Origin: Vulcanimicrobiota bacterium
GTDB lineage: Bacteria > Vulcanimicrobiota > Vulcanimicrobiia > Vulcanimicrobiales > Vulcanimicrobiaceae
Assembly: GCA_963723515.1 (NCBI GenBank)
Contig: CAVRQT010000002.1
Coordinates: forward strand, 64,001 to 128,000
DNA: 64,000 bases
Direction: 5' to 3'
Positions 40,602 through 52,557 of the stretch are shown one piece after another; the stretch's first letter is position 1, and each line of letters starts with the position of its first letter. A program made the translations under genes and the position numbers. Under the pieces are notes generated by a model. It saw nothing but the letters and a program-made list of their open reading frames with translations, searched no databases and had not been told where the DNA came from.

Positions 40602-43600
40602 CGAATAGTGTCTGGTTAAACGGCAGTGCCGCATAGGCGCGGCGTGTTGGTTCATCCGGAATGCGTGCGAGGCGCTCTTCAAAGATGTTGAGCGCCTCGC
40701 CGCGCAGCGCTTTGCTTCTTTTCGTCTGATGTGCAGCTGCGAACACGTTGGCAGCGCCGATTAGCCACTCTACCGGCTGCGGCGCGAGCTGACGATTTGC
40801 GGCGTGCATTGCAACAAGCTCCTCAGCAGCGGCAAGTGAAGCTGCAATTTCGCCTCGCGCCGACAACGTACGCGCCAGCGCGCAAAGATTATCGCCGAGC
40901 CGCGGAGACGGCGCGCCGCGACGAAGCTCGACGGCTCGCTCGAGCAATTGCTGCGCATCCTGAAGCTGCCCGAGAAAGAATTGCGCTGTTCCCAGTGTGC
41001 CCAACGCAGCCGACTCAAGTTGCGGCGATTGAAGCGCTTTAGCACCTTTCAGCGCACGCTTCGCGTAACGCGCTGCGCCGTCGTAATGCGCTTGAAGCCG
41101 CTCACAATACGAAGCGTTGATCGACGCGCAGCACGATATCCACGTAGACCCGATATCGGCGGCGAGCCGAAAGGCTTCTTGATTGAGGTTCTCAGCTTCC
41201 CGAAATACGTCCGAGCTCGGTATGAAAGAGCGCTTGATCGACCGCAATCCCGGCGAGTCCGACGGCGTGGTTCAGCATGGCGTATAATTGACGCGCGCGT
41301 GCGTAGAGCTCTCGCGTTTGCTCGACATCGAAAGTGTAGAGCAGGCCGTTGGCGATGTTGTGCAGGGCGAGTGCTTCGCCCTCACGATCGCCGATCGCCG
41401 ACACTGACGGCGTGCGCCTGCCATGCATAATCTGCCATCGAAGCATAGTCTTGTTGCACGAGTGCGGCTCGGGAGAGCGCCATCAATACTGACGCAAACT
41501 CGCGTCGCTGCTCATCTTTGTTCAGCGTCGCGCGAACCCGATCGAGGAAGGATCGCGCCTCCGTCAGGCGCCCCTGGTAAATCAGCGTATCCGCATGGGC
41601 TAGGAATGCGCTTGCAAAGCGCTCGCTGTCTTTGTCGAGGAGTGCCGTCAGCTCATTGAAGCGCCTTTCCTCTTCGTCAAATCTATTGAGACTACGTAAT
41701 CGCTTTGCGTCGGCTTCGAGCGCAGAGGCGACCCACTGGCGTAAGCCATGCCGATCCGCCAGCGTGCGAAGCTCTTCGATGTCGTGCGACGCCGCATCGT
41801 GCCGGCTCAGACTGTTTGCTAAATCGATTCGGCGCCTCAGCCAAGGGCAGCGTTCTTCCGGCCCAAGCAAAGCAAGTGTCTGTTCTGCAGCGTCCAGCAG
41901 TTCGTGCTGTTCTTGCCGAGCGCCCCGAAGGGACGCGATGCCCTCGAGCAGCATGAGCGTCTCAAAGCGGAGACGCGCGTCGCCTACGAGCTCAAGTGCG
42001 CGCTGCAACGCGCTTTGCGCTTCGTCTAGCGCGAAAATTGCCAGAGCACGCCGCCCGACTTCGGCATAGTACTGCGAAGCGCGGCCGGCATCGCCTGCGG
42101 AATCCCAATGCCGAGCAAGTTGCGAAACGACGGCGGAATCGCGCACGGTGTGCAATCGTTCTAGCACTTGTGCCACGCGGCGATGTTGCAGGCGTCTAAT
42201 AGGTTCCGGGATCTCACGATAAAGCGCGTCCCGAATTAAGTCGTGAGAAAACGTGTACGTGCCGCGCGCGCAGTTCAAAGCTTTGCATGATGATGTGCCG
42301 GTCAGTCAGTTCGGAAAGCGCATCCGCGACGTCAGCTTCCGCCCAATTTGTGACTTCACGCAGGAGTTCGATCGAAACATCGCCCGTGCAAATTGCTGCA
42401 ACTTCTGCTAAGCGATCGCATGCGAGCACCCAGCGTATCAAGTCTTCGCAACAGGATCTGCGAAAACGTTGAATGATCTTTTGCAAGCGGCATGCCGCCG
42501 CGCAAAATCTCCGTTACAAAAAGTGGATTGCCGTCGGTCGCTTCAATCACCCCGGTGAGCGGGAGGTCTGAGCCGGCGCTTCCCGCCTCTAAGAGCCGGG
42601 CGACGTCGTCTTCAGTCAACCGCCGTAGTGGAATGTCGACGGATGATGCCTGATCGGATTCGCGACGAATTTGACGCAACTCAGGCGGCAGATGCGGTTC
42701 GTCATCACGATATGACAGAGCAATAAGCGTCTTAGAACGATGCAGGCGCCGCTGCACGTAACCGGCCATTTCCAACGTGCCTGAACGTGCGTTATGGAGA
42801 TCCTCGATCACGACGCATACCGGCCGGCGTTCCGAAAGCGCGATCAGCGCCAATGAAACGGCCTCGAAGAGACGTGCTCGCTGACGCTCGACCTTAGAGA
42901 GTTGCGAATCTTTGGCAGGGCGGCGTTCTGCCACCAAATCTGCCAGCGCCGACCGCCATACGTCGTCGAGCTCAACGGTTTCCAGAAACGGCAACGTAAT
43001 TTTTATCAGCTCTACGAACGGCTCGTACGGAATTTGTTCCGGCGTGGAGACGGCCGTCCAGAAAACCCGTCCGCCGCCGGCTTCGCACTGCAATGCAAAC
43101 TCACGCAGCAGTCGCGTCTTCCCGATGCCGGCTTCGCCGACGACGTACGCTGTTCGCTGCTCTCCGGCGGAAGCTTCCGTCCATATCCGTTTCAACTCTC
43201 GCAGCTCATTCATCCGTCCCACTAGCGGAAGATCGCTCAACGGTGCGGATTGAATTGAAGCTGCGCCCAGCGATCCCGCGGGTACAATGTCGCGCCGGAT
43301 CGCTTCGTATATTGTCGCCGTTTCAGACATCGGATCCGTCTGCAGTTCCTCGCGCAAGCGTTCGCAAAAACGTTCGTACTCCGCAATCGCCCCCGCCCGA
43401 TCTCCGGCCTCATACTTCGCGAGCATCAGCTGGCGAATTGCGTCCTCGCGCCAGGGATCGTACGCGAGCAGCTTGCGTGACCAGTGCACGGCATCCCTGA
43501 GCGAACGGCGTGCGCGGCACGACATCGCCAGCTCGGCCAGCATTGCCGTATAACGCTGAGCCAATTCGCGGCGAGCCTCTTCAAGCCACGGCTCCTCCAT

Positions 43601-43978
43601 TCCATCGCAGAGGTCACCGCCGTAGAGAGCGACAGCATCTTCGAACCGCTGGGGATCAGCAGACAGACGATTAAACTGGTCAACATCGAGCGAGCACGCC
43701 GACCGTTCGTTCCAGCGTACATGCGAAGCCGCCGTGTGAAACCATTGGGCGCCTTTGGGCAGCCATTGCTTCAGGTAAGCTAAATGGCGGCGCAGATTCG
43801 CGCGAGCTTCTGAGTCGCTGTATTCGGGCCAGAGATCTGCCGCGATGTGATGACGCTCTGCGCCTGCATGCAAAAGTAAATAGGCCAGTAAGGGCAGTAC
43901 TTTTGGACGTGCGGCGCCTGCGATGAAGTTGTCGCCGTAGCGCACTGCCGGCCGCCCGAGCAAAGAAATTCGTAACAT
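40573..43978 (-). CDS. SARP/BTAD-AAA(STAND)-TPR transcriptional regulator; about four frameshifts (near 42430, 42280, 41400 and 41200)
   Basis: N-terminal LLGRP...LLAYL winged helix, BTAD (DPWRED), Walker A GEAGIGKT, IEDLH, GNPLFV, FSHDLIR, then TPR-like helices. Confidence 0.88.
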
Positions 43979-44653
43979 CTACGGATTGAAGAGCGAGGCT
44001 TGTTCCGCGGAGCCCGCGGCATTTGTGCGTTCGGCAAGCAGCGCGCCAAGTTTATCGCGCACGGCTTTCAAGTCGTTCCAAACGAGCCGCTTGACACCGG
44101 TGATTTCTGCGCCGCTTTGGCGCAGCACGTACGCCGGGTGAAAGGTGATCATAAGCGGGATACCGTTTGGTCCCGCAAACCACTGTCCGCGCTGTTTGGT
44201 GATGCCGAATGTGGGTCCTAAGAAGCAGCGCGCGGCGGGTGCCCCCATCGCGAGAATGACCTCCGGTTGGATGATGGCGATCTGCATGTCCAAGAACGGC
44301 CGGCAGTTCGACATTTCCACAGGGTCCGGCGGCCGATTTCGAACCGCATTCCCGTCGGTCAATGTCGGCCGGCACTTGACGGTGTTGCAAATGTAGACGT
44401 CTTCACGCGGCAAATCGATCGCGGCGAGCATTTGGTCGAGCAGCGCGCCGGCACGTCCGACGAACGGACGCCCAAGCCGGTCTTCCGTTTCACCCGGCCC
44501 TTCGCCGATCACCATCAGACGCGCGCACGGATCGCCTTCACCGTAAACGTTTTTCTGACGCGTATAGCCGATCGCGCATTTGCGACAAGCGGCCGCACGC
44601 GCGGCTTCCTTTTCCAAGAGCCGCTCGCGACGCGCCCGCTCTTCTAAGTTCAT
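43979..44653 (-). CDS. Family-4 uracil-DNA glycosylase (Fe-S)
   Basis: CRKC, GEGPG, PFVGRAG, NTVKCRP and FHPAY. Confidence 0.94.
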   Translation of the reverse strand: MNLEERARRERLLEKEAARAAACRKCAIGYTRQKNVYGEGDPCARLMVIGEGPGETEDRLGRPFVGRAGALLDQMLAAIDLPREDVYICNTVKCRPTLTDGNAVRNRPPDPVEMSNCRPFLDMQIAIIQPEVILAMGAPAARCFLGPTFGITKQRGQWFAGPNGIPLMITFHPAYVLRQSGAEITGVKRLVWNDLKAVRDKLGALLAERTNAAGSAEQASLFNP

Positions 44654-45535
44654 CGCTTCGCTAAGCGGCGAACCGCCAAAGCTGTGCCCGCAAGAATCGC
44701 GCCATAGAGAAGATAACGCGCGACGAGCGCGGCGCTCAACGAATAGTACCAGAGCCGGCCGTGATGCTTGACCCAATACTTGCGGCGAGAGCGCTGCTTA
44801 TACGACTCGACACCGCGGCCCCCGGAACTTCCTTGCCCGCTATGCGTGGCCTCGGCGCTTGGAACGAACCACGCTTCGTATCCAGCTTCGTGAACGCGTT
44901 TTGCCAGATCAACCTCTTCATGGTACATGAAGAAACGCTGATCGAATCCGCCGAGCGCCTCGAAGACCGAACGCCGCAGCATGAGCGCTGCGCCGATCAA
45001 GAGATCAACCTGCCGTTCATCCGAGTAGTCCCACGCGCGGAGGGCCGCTCCGTTCGCGAACCGTCGCAGCGGCGGCAATTCGCCCCAGGCGCTGGAGCGC
45101 AAGAAGGCCCCGACCCATGTATCAAACTCGCCGCACGACTCCGCCACATTTCCGTCAGACTCGTAAATCTTTGGTCCCGCTAACGCACAACGCGGATGCG
45201 CTTCCATAAAACCCGACCAAATTGCGAAGCGCTCCGCTCTTGAGCGTCGCGTCCGGATTGAGCAGCAGAATGTATCGTGCATCCGTCTCCTGGACGGCAC
45301 GATTGACGCCTGCCGCGAATCCGAGGTTCCGAGCATTTTCAAGGATCCGAACTCGACCATTGTAGCGCGCGCGGACGCGGACGATGCTTTCGTCGGTCGA
45401 GCCGTTGTCCGAAACTGTTACTCTTGCAAAGTCAGGATCCGCCTTCACTTCCGGCAACGCAAACACCGAATCCAGCGCTGTTTCTAAATTATCAGCGTCG
45501 TTCCAGTTGACGACGATGACGTCGACGAGATTCAC
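44650..45535 (-). CDS. GT2-family glycosyltransferase (WbbL-like); frameshift near 45210
   Basis: VIVVNWN, DNGSTD, NLGFAAGVN, LLNPD, GAALM and GFDQRFFMYHEEVDL. Confidence 0.92.
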
Positions 45536-46645
45536 CGCGCCGGCTCGGCTGCCGGCCGTCGCTGCAAATACGGCCAAATGAAAAGGTCGATCGCGCCGTC
45601 GAGGACGGCTTGCGTATTGCCGGTCTCGACGTTTGTGCGGTGATCTTTTACCAGAGTATAGGGATTGAGCACGTACGAGCGGATCTGCGAGCCCCACTCG
45701 GTCGCTTTGCGCTCGCCGCGCAGCTCCGTCAGGCGCTGATCGCGCGCTTCCATTTCGCGTTGCACGAGTTTGGCGCGCAAAATTTTCATCGCGACCTCGC
45801 GGTTTTGCATCTGCGACCGCTCTTGCTGTGAGGCCACGATGATGTTAGTTGGAATATGTGTGACGCGAACCGCGGACTCTGTTTTATTGACGTATTGGCC
45901 ACCCGCGCCACCGGCTTTAAACGTCTCGATGCGCAGATCTTCGGGACTGATCTGGATGTCGGTGGCCTCTCCGGCTTCGATTTCCGGAATCACATCCACA
46001 CCCGCAAACGACGTATGGCGGCGATGCGCCGCATCGAACGGTGAGATGCGCACCAAACGGTGAACGCCGCGCTCGCTTTCCAGAAGTCCGTGCGCGTTCC
46101 GTCCGCGGACGAAAAATGTCACCGATTTGAGGCCTGCTTCTTCGGCGAGCGATTCATCCGCAATTTGCGTCGCGAAACCTTTGCTTTCGGCCCAGCGCAA
46201 ATACATTCGCAGCAACATCTGCGTCCAATCCGCCGCATCAACGCCGCCGGCACCGGCATAGATCGTGACAATCGCGTTGTGGTCGTCGAATTCGCCGCTG
46301 AAACTCGCTTCGATCTCAAGGGCATCCAGCGCCCGTTCTGCCCGCGTGATACCGTCATCGATCTCGGCATCAGCACCTGGCTCGTTGCCGAGCAGTTCCA
46401 CCGTTTCGCGCGCTTCAGTAAGCGTTCGACCGATCGACGCAATGCGCTCGGTGTCCGCGCGCAGATCGGCGAGCTGCTTCATCACGCGTTGCGCAGCAGA
46501 AGGGTCGTTCCAAAAGGCTTCGTTGTGAGTCTGGGGCTCGAGTTCGCTCAGTGTGCGCGTCTTGCGCGCGTAGTCAAAGACGCTCCTTGAGCGCATCGAG
46601 GCGCTCGCAGAGGCGGGTGATTGTCGAAAGTTGCGCTTCACTCAT
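45532..46645 (-). CDS. prfB: Peptide chain release factor 2 with programmed +1 frameshift
   Basis: SPF and GGQ motifs. The first ORF from ATG 46645 ends at CTT TGA C (46579-46573), preceded by internal SD AAGGAG. Confidence 0.97.
46573..46588 (-). promoter_or_regulatory. prfB programmed frameshift cassette (internal SD plus CUU UGA C)
   Basis: Minus strand reads AAGGAG CGT CTT TGA C. Confidence 0.95.
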
Positions 46646-46734
46646 GGCGGCGCTCGTTTTTCTGCCGTGCCGAAGTCGACCCCTTGAGCAATCGCGCACC
46701 GCGCGTGAAAGAACGCAGACCGCAGGAGGTGCTC

Positions 46735-47652
46735 ATGGATCAGCTTTCCGTTCCGCTTGACCGCTTGCCGCAATTCGGCTTTCAGCCGACGGCGTATCCC
46801 GACGGCGATTCAGACGCAGTCAACAATTCATCATCGCCGCCGATCTGGAATGCCGACGGACTTTCGACATTGTCGATGCCGGCGCCCAACGGCAGCGACG
46901 CCGGCCCCTCGTCAGCCTTCGGTTCCTTTGGTTCAGCGTTGGGGTTCGGCAACATCGGGTCGATCGTTCAACAACTCGTCGGATTGTTGCAGCAGCTGCT
47001 GCAAGTGCTCACTGGCGGCGGAATCTCGCAATCTGGTGCGGTGAATTCCCCATCCACAGACCCGCAAGAATATTTCAATAGCGCCAACGGCGCATCGCAA
47101 GGCGATCCGCATCTCTCGTTCAGCGGGTTGGACGGCAGCAACCACTTGGAGACGTCCCGCTTCGATAGCATGACGGATCATCCGAATCTCTTGAATTCGA
47201 GTTCGTTCCCCGGCGGATACCAACTCTCAACGACGGTCGGAGCGCCTCGCTCCAACGGTGCGACGCTCAATCAGAGCGCAACGATTGCCACGAACTTCGG
47301 CCGCACGAACGTCTCGATGAACGGGGACGGCAGCGTATCGATCTCGCGCTGCGGAAAGCCGCTCTCGATTGCCGATGGGCAAACGCTGGACCTCGGACAC
47401 GGTGAAACGGCGACGAAAAACAGCGACGGGTCGTTAACGGTTGTCAACACGAACGCCCAGGGTGGCCGCATCGCCACCACGCTCAAGCCAAATTCCTCCG
47501 GCGGAGTCGACGTCTCAGCAGACGCCAACGGCGTTGATCTCGGCGGCGATCTCGTGACGGAAGCGCAGAACAATGGGAACTTCGGTCTACAAAATCTGAA
47601 CGGTTCTTACGAACCTCGGCCGCGCTTTTGGTTCGCGCCTACGATACAGTAG
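46735..47652 (+). CDS. Hypothetical Gly/Ser/Asn-rich protein with GDPH motif
   Basis: AGGAGGT RBS; amphipathic IVQQLVGLLQQLLQVL; SQGDPHLSF followed by a beta-rich domain; no classical signal peptide. Confidence 0.8.
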   Translation: MDQLSVPLDRLPQFGFQPTAYPDGDSDAVNNSSSPPIWNADGLSTLSMPAPNGSDAGPSSAFGSFGSALGFGNIGSIVQQLVGLLQQLLQVLTGGGISQSGAVNSPSTDPQEYFNSANGASQGDPHLSFSGLDGSNHLETSRFDSMTDHPNLLNSSSFPGGYQLSTTVGAPRSNGATLNQSATIATNFGRTNVSMNGDGSVSISRCGKPLSIADGQTLDLGHGETATKNSDGSLTVVNTNAQGGRIATTLKPNSSGGVDVSADANGVDLGGDLVTEAQNNGNFGLQNLNGSYEPRPRFWFAPTIQ

Positions 47653-47664
47653 CGGACGTCGAGG

Positions 47665-50293
47665 TTAAGCGGCCGCGCCGTGGCAGCGTTTGTACTTTTT
47701 GCCTGAGCCGCACGGACAAAGTTCATTGCGCCCGACTTTCGCGCTCGCGCGCACCGGCTTGCGCGGCTCACCATCTTCAGTATTTGTATGCATCACGCGC
47801 TGCGGTTTGCCCGGAACCGGCCCGAGCAGCTGCTCGGCGGCGGCCGGATCGAGGCGCGGCGGCGCTTCTGCCGGCTGCGCGGTCAATTGACCGGATGGAA
47901 TCGGCTCAAACATCGGTGACGGTGCTGCAGCCCCTTCGGGGGCGCCATGCTCGACGACAACGTGGAAGACACCCTTGACGGCTTCGTCGGCGATGTTGTT
48001 CTTGAGATCTTCAAAGATCTCGTAGGCCTCTTTTTCGTACTCGACGCGCGGATCTTTTTGCCCGTAACCGCGTAACCCGATACCGGTCTTGAGCGCATCC
48101 ATCACGTGCAGATGATCGACCCACATGCGATCGATGATCGGCAGCATCAAGTACCGTGACTCGACGACCCGCATGATCTCCGGCGTGATCTCGCTTTCTT
48201 TGGCTTCGTAGGCTTCAAAGGCCGCGTCGCGTAGGCGCTTGCGAACCTCTTCACGATCGAGTTTCTCGAGGGTAGCGACGTCGATCGCTTTCTTGACCGG
48301 AAAGATCAAATCGAGCTCGTTGAGGATTTCGGGCAGATCCCACTCGCTCGGATGCATGTTCTCGCCGGCATACTGATCGACGACTTCATTGACTTTCTCT
48401 TCGAGCGTCTGGAGCATGAACTCGCGCGTATCGAACTTTGCCTTCGAGGATCGCGCGGCGGTCGCCGTAGATCACCTCGCGCTGCTTGTTCATGACGTCG
48501 TCGTACTCGAGGACGTATTTGCGTGCTTCGTAGTTATGGTTCTCGACTTTGCGCTGGGCGCGTTCTAGAGATTTCGTGACGAGCGCCGCTTCGATCGGCG
48601 TCTCATCGCTGAAGCCGACGCGATCCATGATGTTGCTCATGCGCTCGCCGAAGAGCCGCATCAGCTCATCTTCAAAGGAAACGTAAAAGCGCGTGCTGCC
48701 CGGATCGCCCTGGCGGCCCGAACGGCCGCGTAACTGGTTATCGATGCGCCGCGACTCGTGGCGCTCCGTACCGATGATGTGCAGGCCGCCCATGCCCGGA
48801 ATGCCGTCGCCGAGCTTGATGTCGACGCCGCGGCCGGCCATGTTCGTCGCGATCGTCACGGTGCCGTATTGACCGGCGTCCTTGATGATCTGCGCCTCTT
48901 GCTCGTGATACTTGGCATTTAGCACGCTGCACTCGACGCCGCGCCGCCGCAATTTTGCGGCGAGATATTCGGATTTCTCGATCGAGCGTGTGCCGACCAG
49001 CACCGGGCGGCCTTTTTGATGCTCCGCGATGATCTCGTCGATGATCGCGTTAAACTTCGCCTCTTCGCTCTTGTAGACGATGTCGGAGTTATCGGTACGA
49101 ATCATCGGACGGTTCGTCGGAATCACGAGCACGTCGAGCCCATAGATGTCGCGGAACTCGCGCTCCTCCGTCTTTGCCGTCCCGGTCATGCCCGCGAGCT
49201 TGTCGTACAAGCGAAAATAATTTTGAAAGGTGATCGTCGCCAGCGTCTGATCTTCGCTGCGAACTTTGATGCCTTCTTTGGCTTCGATCGCTTGGTGGAT
49301 TCCGTCCGAGTAGCGACGTCCGTACATCAACCGGCCCGTGAACTCGTCGACGATGATGACCTCACCGTCTTTGACGATGTACTGCTGGTCCTTATGAAAG
49401 AGATTCCAGGCCTTGAGCGCCGCGTTCAGTTGATGCGTCAGCTCTAGATTGCGCTGATCGTAAAGATTTGTGACGCCCAGCATCGTCTCGACTTTGGCCA
49501 CGCCCGCCTCGGTGATGGGCACCGCGTGCGCCTTCTCATCAACGGTGTAGTCTTCGTCTTTTTTCAAGCGCGGAATGATCTGCGCGAACTTTTGATAGAG
49601 CTCAGTAGCTTCTTGGCCTTGTCCGCTGATGATCAGCGGCGTACGCGCCTCATCGATGAGGATCGAGTCCACTTCGTCGACGATCGCGTACGAAAGCCGG
49701 CGCTGCACCATGTCATCGAGCGACCACGCCATGTTGTCACGCAAGTAATCGAAGCCGACTTCGTTGTTTGTGACGTACGTGATATCGCAGTTGTAGGCCG
49801 TGCGCCGCTCGGCGCTGTCCATGCCATGTTGAATGATGCCGACCGTTAACCCCAAGAATTCGTAGACCGGTCCCATCCATTCGGCGTCGCGCTTTGCGAG
49901 ATAGTCGTTGACGGTGACGATATGCACGCCTTTGCCGAGCAGCGCATTGACGTAGGCGGCGAGCGTTGCCACGAGCGTCTTGCCCTCGCCGGTTTTCATT
50001 TCGGCGACCTTGCCCTCGTGCAAGACTAGCCCGCCGATCAACTGCACGTCGAAATGGCGCATGGCGATCGTACGCTTTGCTGCTTCACGGCAAACCGCAA
50101 ATGTTTCCGGCAGAATCTGGTCGATCGTCTCGCCGTCTTCGAGCCGGCGCCGAAATTCGGCGGTCTTGGCAAGCAGCGCCTCATCGGAGAGCGCTTGGAT
50201 CTGCGGCTCGAAAGCGTTTATCCGCTCAGCGGTGCGGCGATACCGCGCGATTTCGCGCTCGTTGCTGTCAAAGAGCGTCTTGAGCAGGGCCAT
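47665..50293 (-). CDS. secA: Preprotein translocase ATPase SecA; frameshift near 48430
   Basis: [56 protein letters not shown] and C-terminal [18 protein letters not shown]. Confidence 0.98.
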
Positions 50294-50508
50294 ACGGTGT
50301 TCTATAACGTTCGGCGGGCCGTGCAGTTGCACTCTCGGTGCTTCAGGGACCTCTGAAGAAACCTCCGTGCTCCAGCGTCGCAACGATTTTTGGTCAGTTC
50401 GAGGCGCGAGAACGGACGCAATGCAGCGCATTGTGGCCGCCGCAGCAACGACGAAATGGCCGAAAAGCGATGCGGCGATGGGGCGCGTGGGGCTTCTTCA
50501 GAGGTCCC

Positions 50509-51507
50509 TTAAGGCGAGAAAGCGAGGCCGATTACATTGCCGGGCGGCGTGATGACGGCGGAGGGCGCAACATTGACGTTGCCTTTTAGGCCGCCGGGAA
50601 AGACGAGAATCTTGCCGTTCCCGTTACAGACGTAAACGTTATTGGCGCTATCGACCTTGACGTCGGTTGGACTAAAGAGTTGGGTCTGGCTGCCGCCGAT
50701 CGAGGTGATCGGCGGAACGTTACCGTTCTTGCTCGCGATGACGCTTGCCGCAAAGATCAAAATGCGTGACGTTGCGACGTCTGTGACGTAGACGTTGCCT
50801 GCTGGATCGAGGCTGAGTCCCGTCGGCGTGTTTAGCGTCGTCAGCGGTCCGCCGATCGTGATCATCGGCGCCACATTTCCCGGTGTGCCGTTTGTGAAGA
50901 CGCTGATCGTACCGGCGCCGGCATTGGCGGCGTAGACTCTGCCGCTCGTATCGACGGCAATCCCAACCGGGCCGTTGAGCCCGGTCAGCGTTCCTGAAAT
51001 CGTCCCAGGCGTGACGTTTCCCGACGAGTTCGCCGGAAAGATCAAGATCGAGCTTGTGGCGAGCGGCGCGTTGCTGACGTTGGCCAAGTAGATGTTGCTG
51101 ACCGTATCGAGCGCGATGCCGCGCGCCGAGCCGATGCCGGTCGAGGTGCCGCTGATCGCCGCGACGGGAAGCACGTTGCCCGTTGCTTGCGACGCATAGA
51201 CGGTGATCGAACCGATCGTCGTGCCTGCGTTGTAATTGCTGACATACAGCCGCTTGCCTGAGTCGAACGCATCATACTGTGGTCCGTTCAGTTGTGTGTT
51301 GCTGCCGCCGATTTCATTGATTGGCTGCGTCGAAGAACTTGGATTCGGCGGGTAGATCGAGATCGCGTTCTGCGTGCTATTGGTCACGTAGAGGGAGAGC
51401 GTATTGAAGTTCGGCCCGATGCTGATCGACGACGTGGAAGAGCTGCAGCTCACGAGCACAACACTTGCAAACAGGCCGAAGGACAAGGCGACAATACGAC
51501 GCGGCAT
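50509..51507 (-). CDS. NHL-repeat/beta-propeller lipoprotein
   Basis: Lipobox LVSC; repeated I.G..T.L..P.GIA.D..G..YV.N units. Confidence 0.82.
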   Translation of the reverse strand: MPRRIVALSFGLFASVVLVSCSSSTSSISIGPNFNTLSLYVTNSTQNAISIYPPNPSSSTQPINEIGGSNTQLNGPQYDAFDSGKRLYVSNYNAGTTIGSITVYASQATGNVLPVAAISGTSTGIGSARGIALDTVSNIYLANVSNAPLATSSILIFPANSSGNVTPGTISGTLTGLNGPVGIAVDTSGRVYAANAGAGTISVFTNGTPGNVAPMITIGGPLTTLNTPTGLSLDPAGNVYVTDVATSRILIFAASVIASKNGNVPPITSIGGSQTQLFSPTDVKVDSANNVYVCNGNGKILVFPGGLKGNVNVAPSAVITPPGNVIGLAFSP

Positions 51508-51738
51508 ATACTCTCCTACTCTCTGGGAAACGTTCGCCCGTCGTTTTTTCTCTTACGGGCGATTTCCTGGCCGCGTTCGCAAGTGTCCCTAAACCCTCAC
51601 GCCATGCATCGCGATTGCGTAAGCAAGCAACGCGAGCGCCATGACCACGACCGCGACAACAATGACTCGCCGCGCGACACGGCGGCGATACGCGGGGCGG
51701 CTAGACTCCGTATCGATGATCTGACGCGGCATCGAACG

Positions 51739-52557
51739 TTAGACCGCTCGCCGCAGCGGATGGTTGATCTCTTGAATCGATGCTTTCTGCATGAGTTGGC
51801 TCATAGTGACGAATTCGTACCCGCTCTTTCGAAAGCGTCCAATGATTTCCGGCAGCATGGCAACAGTTGCCAGATTACCGCTGTGCAGCAAAATGATTTC
51901 AGGCGCTGTCGCATGCGCCTCGATGTGATCGGCTAAGGCGCGCGGACCCAAGACACGCCAATCACCCGGATCATCGTTCCAAAGGATCGTGTAATAACCC
52001 AAGTGCTGCGCCGCGCGAAGGGTCGCTTCGGTATAGCGCCCATGCGGCGGCCGGAAAAGAATTCCGATTCCCGGGTCATTCGTAAACGACTCCAATGCGG
52101 CGCGGCCTTTGATCAACTCGCTGACCACAACAGCGGACGGCAATTGGTCGAGGTTCGGATGCGAGTATGTGTGGTTGCCGATCTGGTTTCCCAAGCGCTC
52201 GATGCGGCGTGTCAGCTCAGGGAAGTCGCTCGCATCGCGTCCGATCAGAAAAAACGTCGCCGGCACATGGAGATCGTGCAGTCTTGCGAGCAACAGCGGC
52301 GTCGTAACCGGATAAGGCCCATCATCGAAGGTCAAAGCGATCAGTCGTGGACGATGCGAACGGTCCCCGCCGGAGCGATCGTGCAATAGACGCGCGACAC
52401 GCGCATCGAACGAAGTTGAGATCGCCGCATGCACGTCCATCGCCGGAGTGACGATTGCCGGGGTCGGCGGTGCGCTCGAATGTAAAAAGAGCCGGTAGCC
52501 GACCGCTACAACGACGACCGCGATAACCGCCGCCGCCAGTAGGCGGGGGCGGTTCAC
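51739..52557 (-). CDS. Polysaccharide deacetylase (CE4)
   Basis: ALTFDDGP, NHTYSH, FRPPHG, DPGDW and ILLH; N-terminal TM. Confidence 0.94.
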   Translation of the reverse strand: MNRPRLLAAAVIAVVVVAVGYRLFLHSSAPPTPAIVTPAMDVHAAISTSFDARVARLLHDRSGGDRSHRPRLIALTFDDGPYPVTTPLLLARLHDLHVPATFFLIGRDASDFPELTRRIERLGNQIGNHTYSHPNLDQLPSAVVVSELIKGRAALESFTNDPGIGILFRPPHGRYTEATLRAAQHLGYYTILWNDDPGDWRVLGPRALADHIEAHATAPEIILLHSGNLATVAMLPEIIGRFRKSGYEFVTMSQLMQKASIQEINHPLRRAV

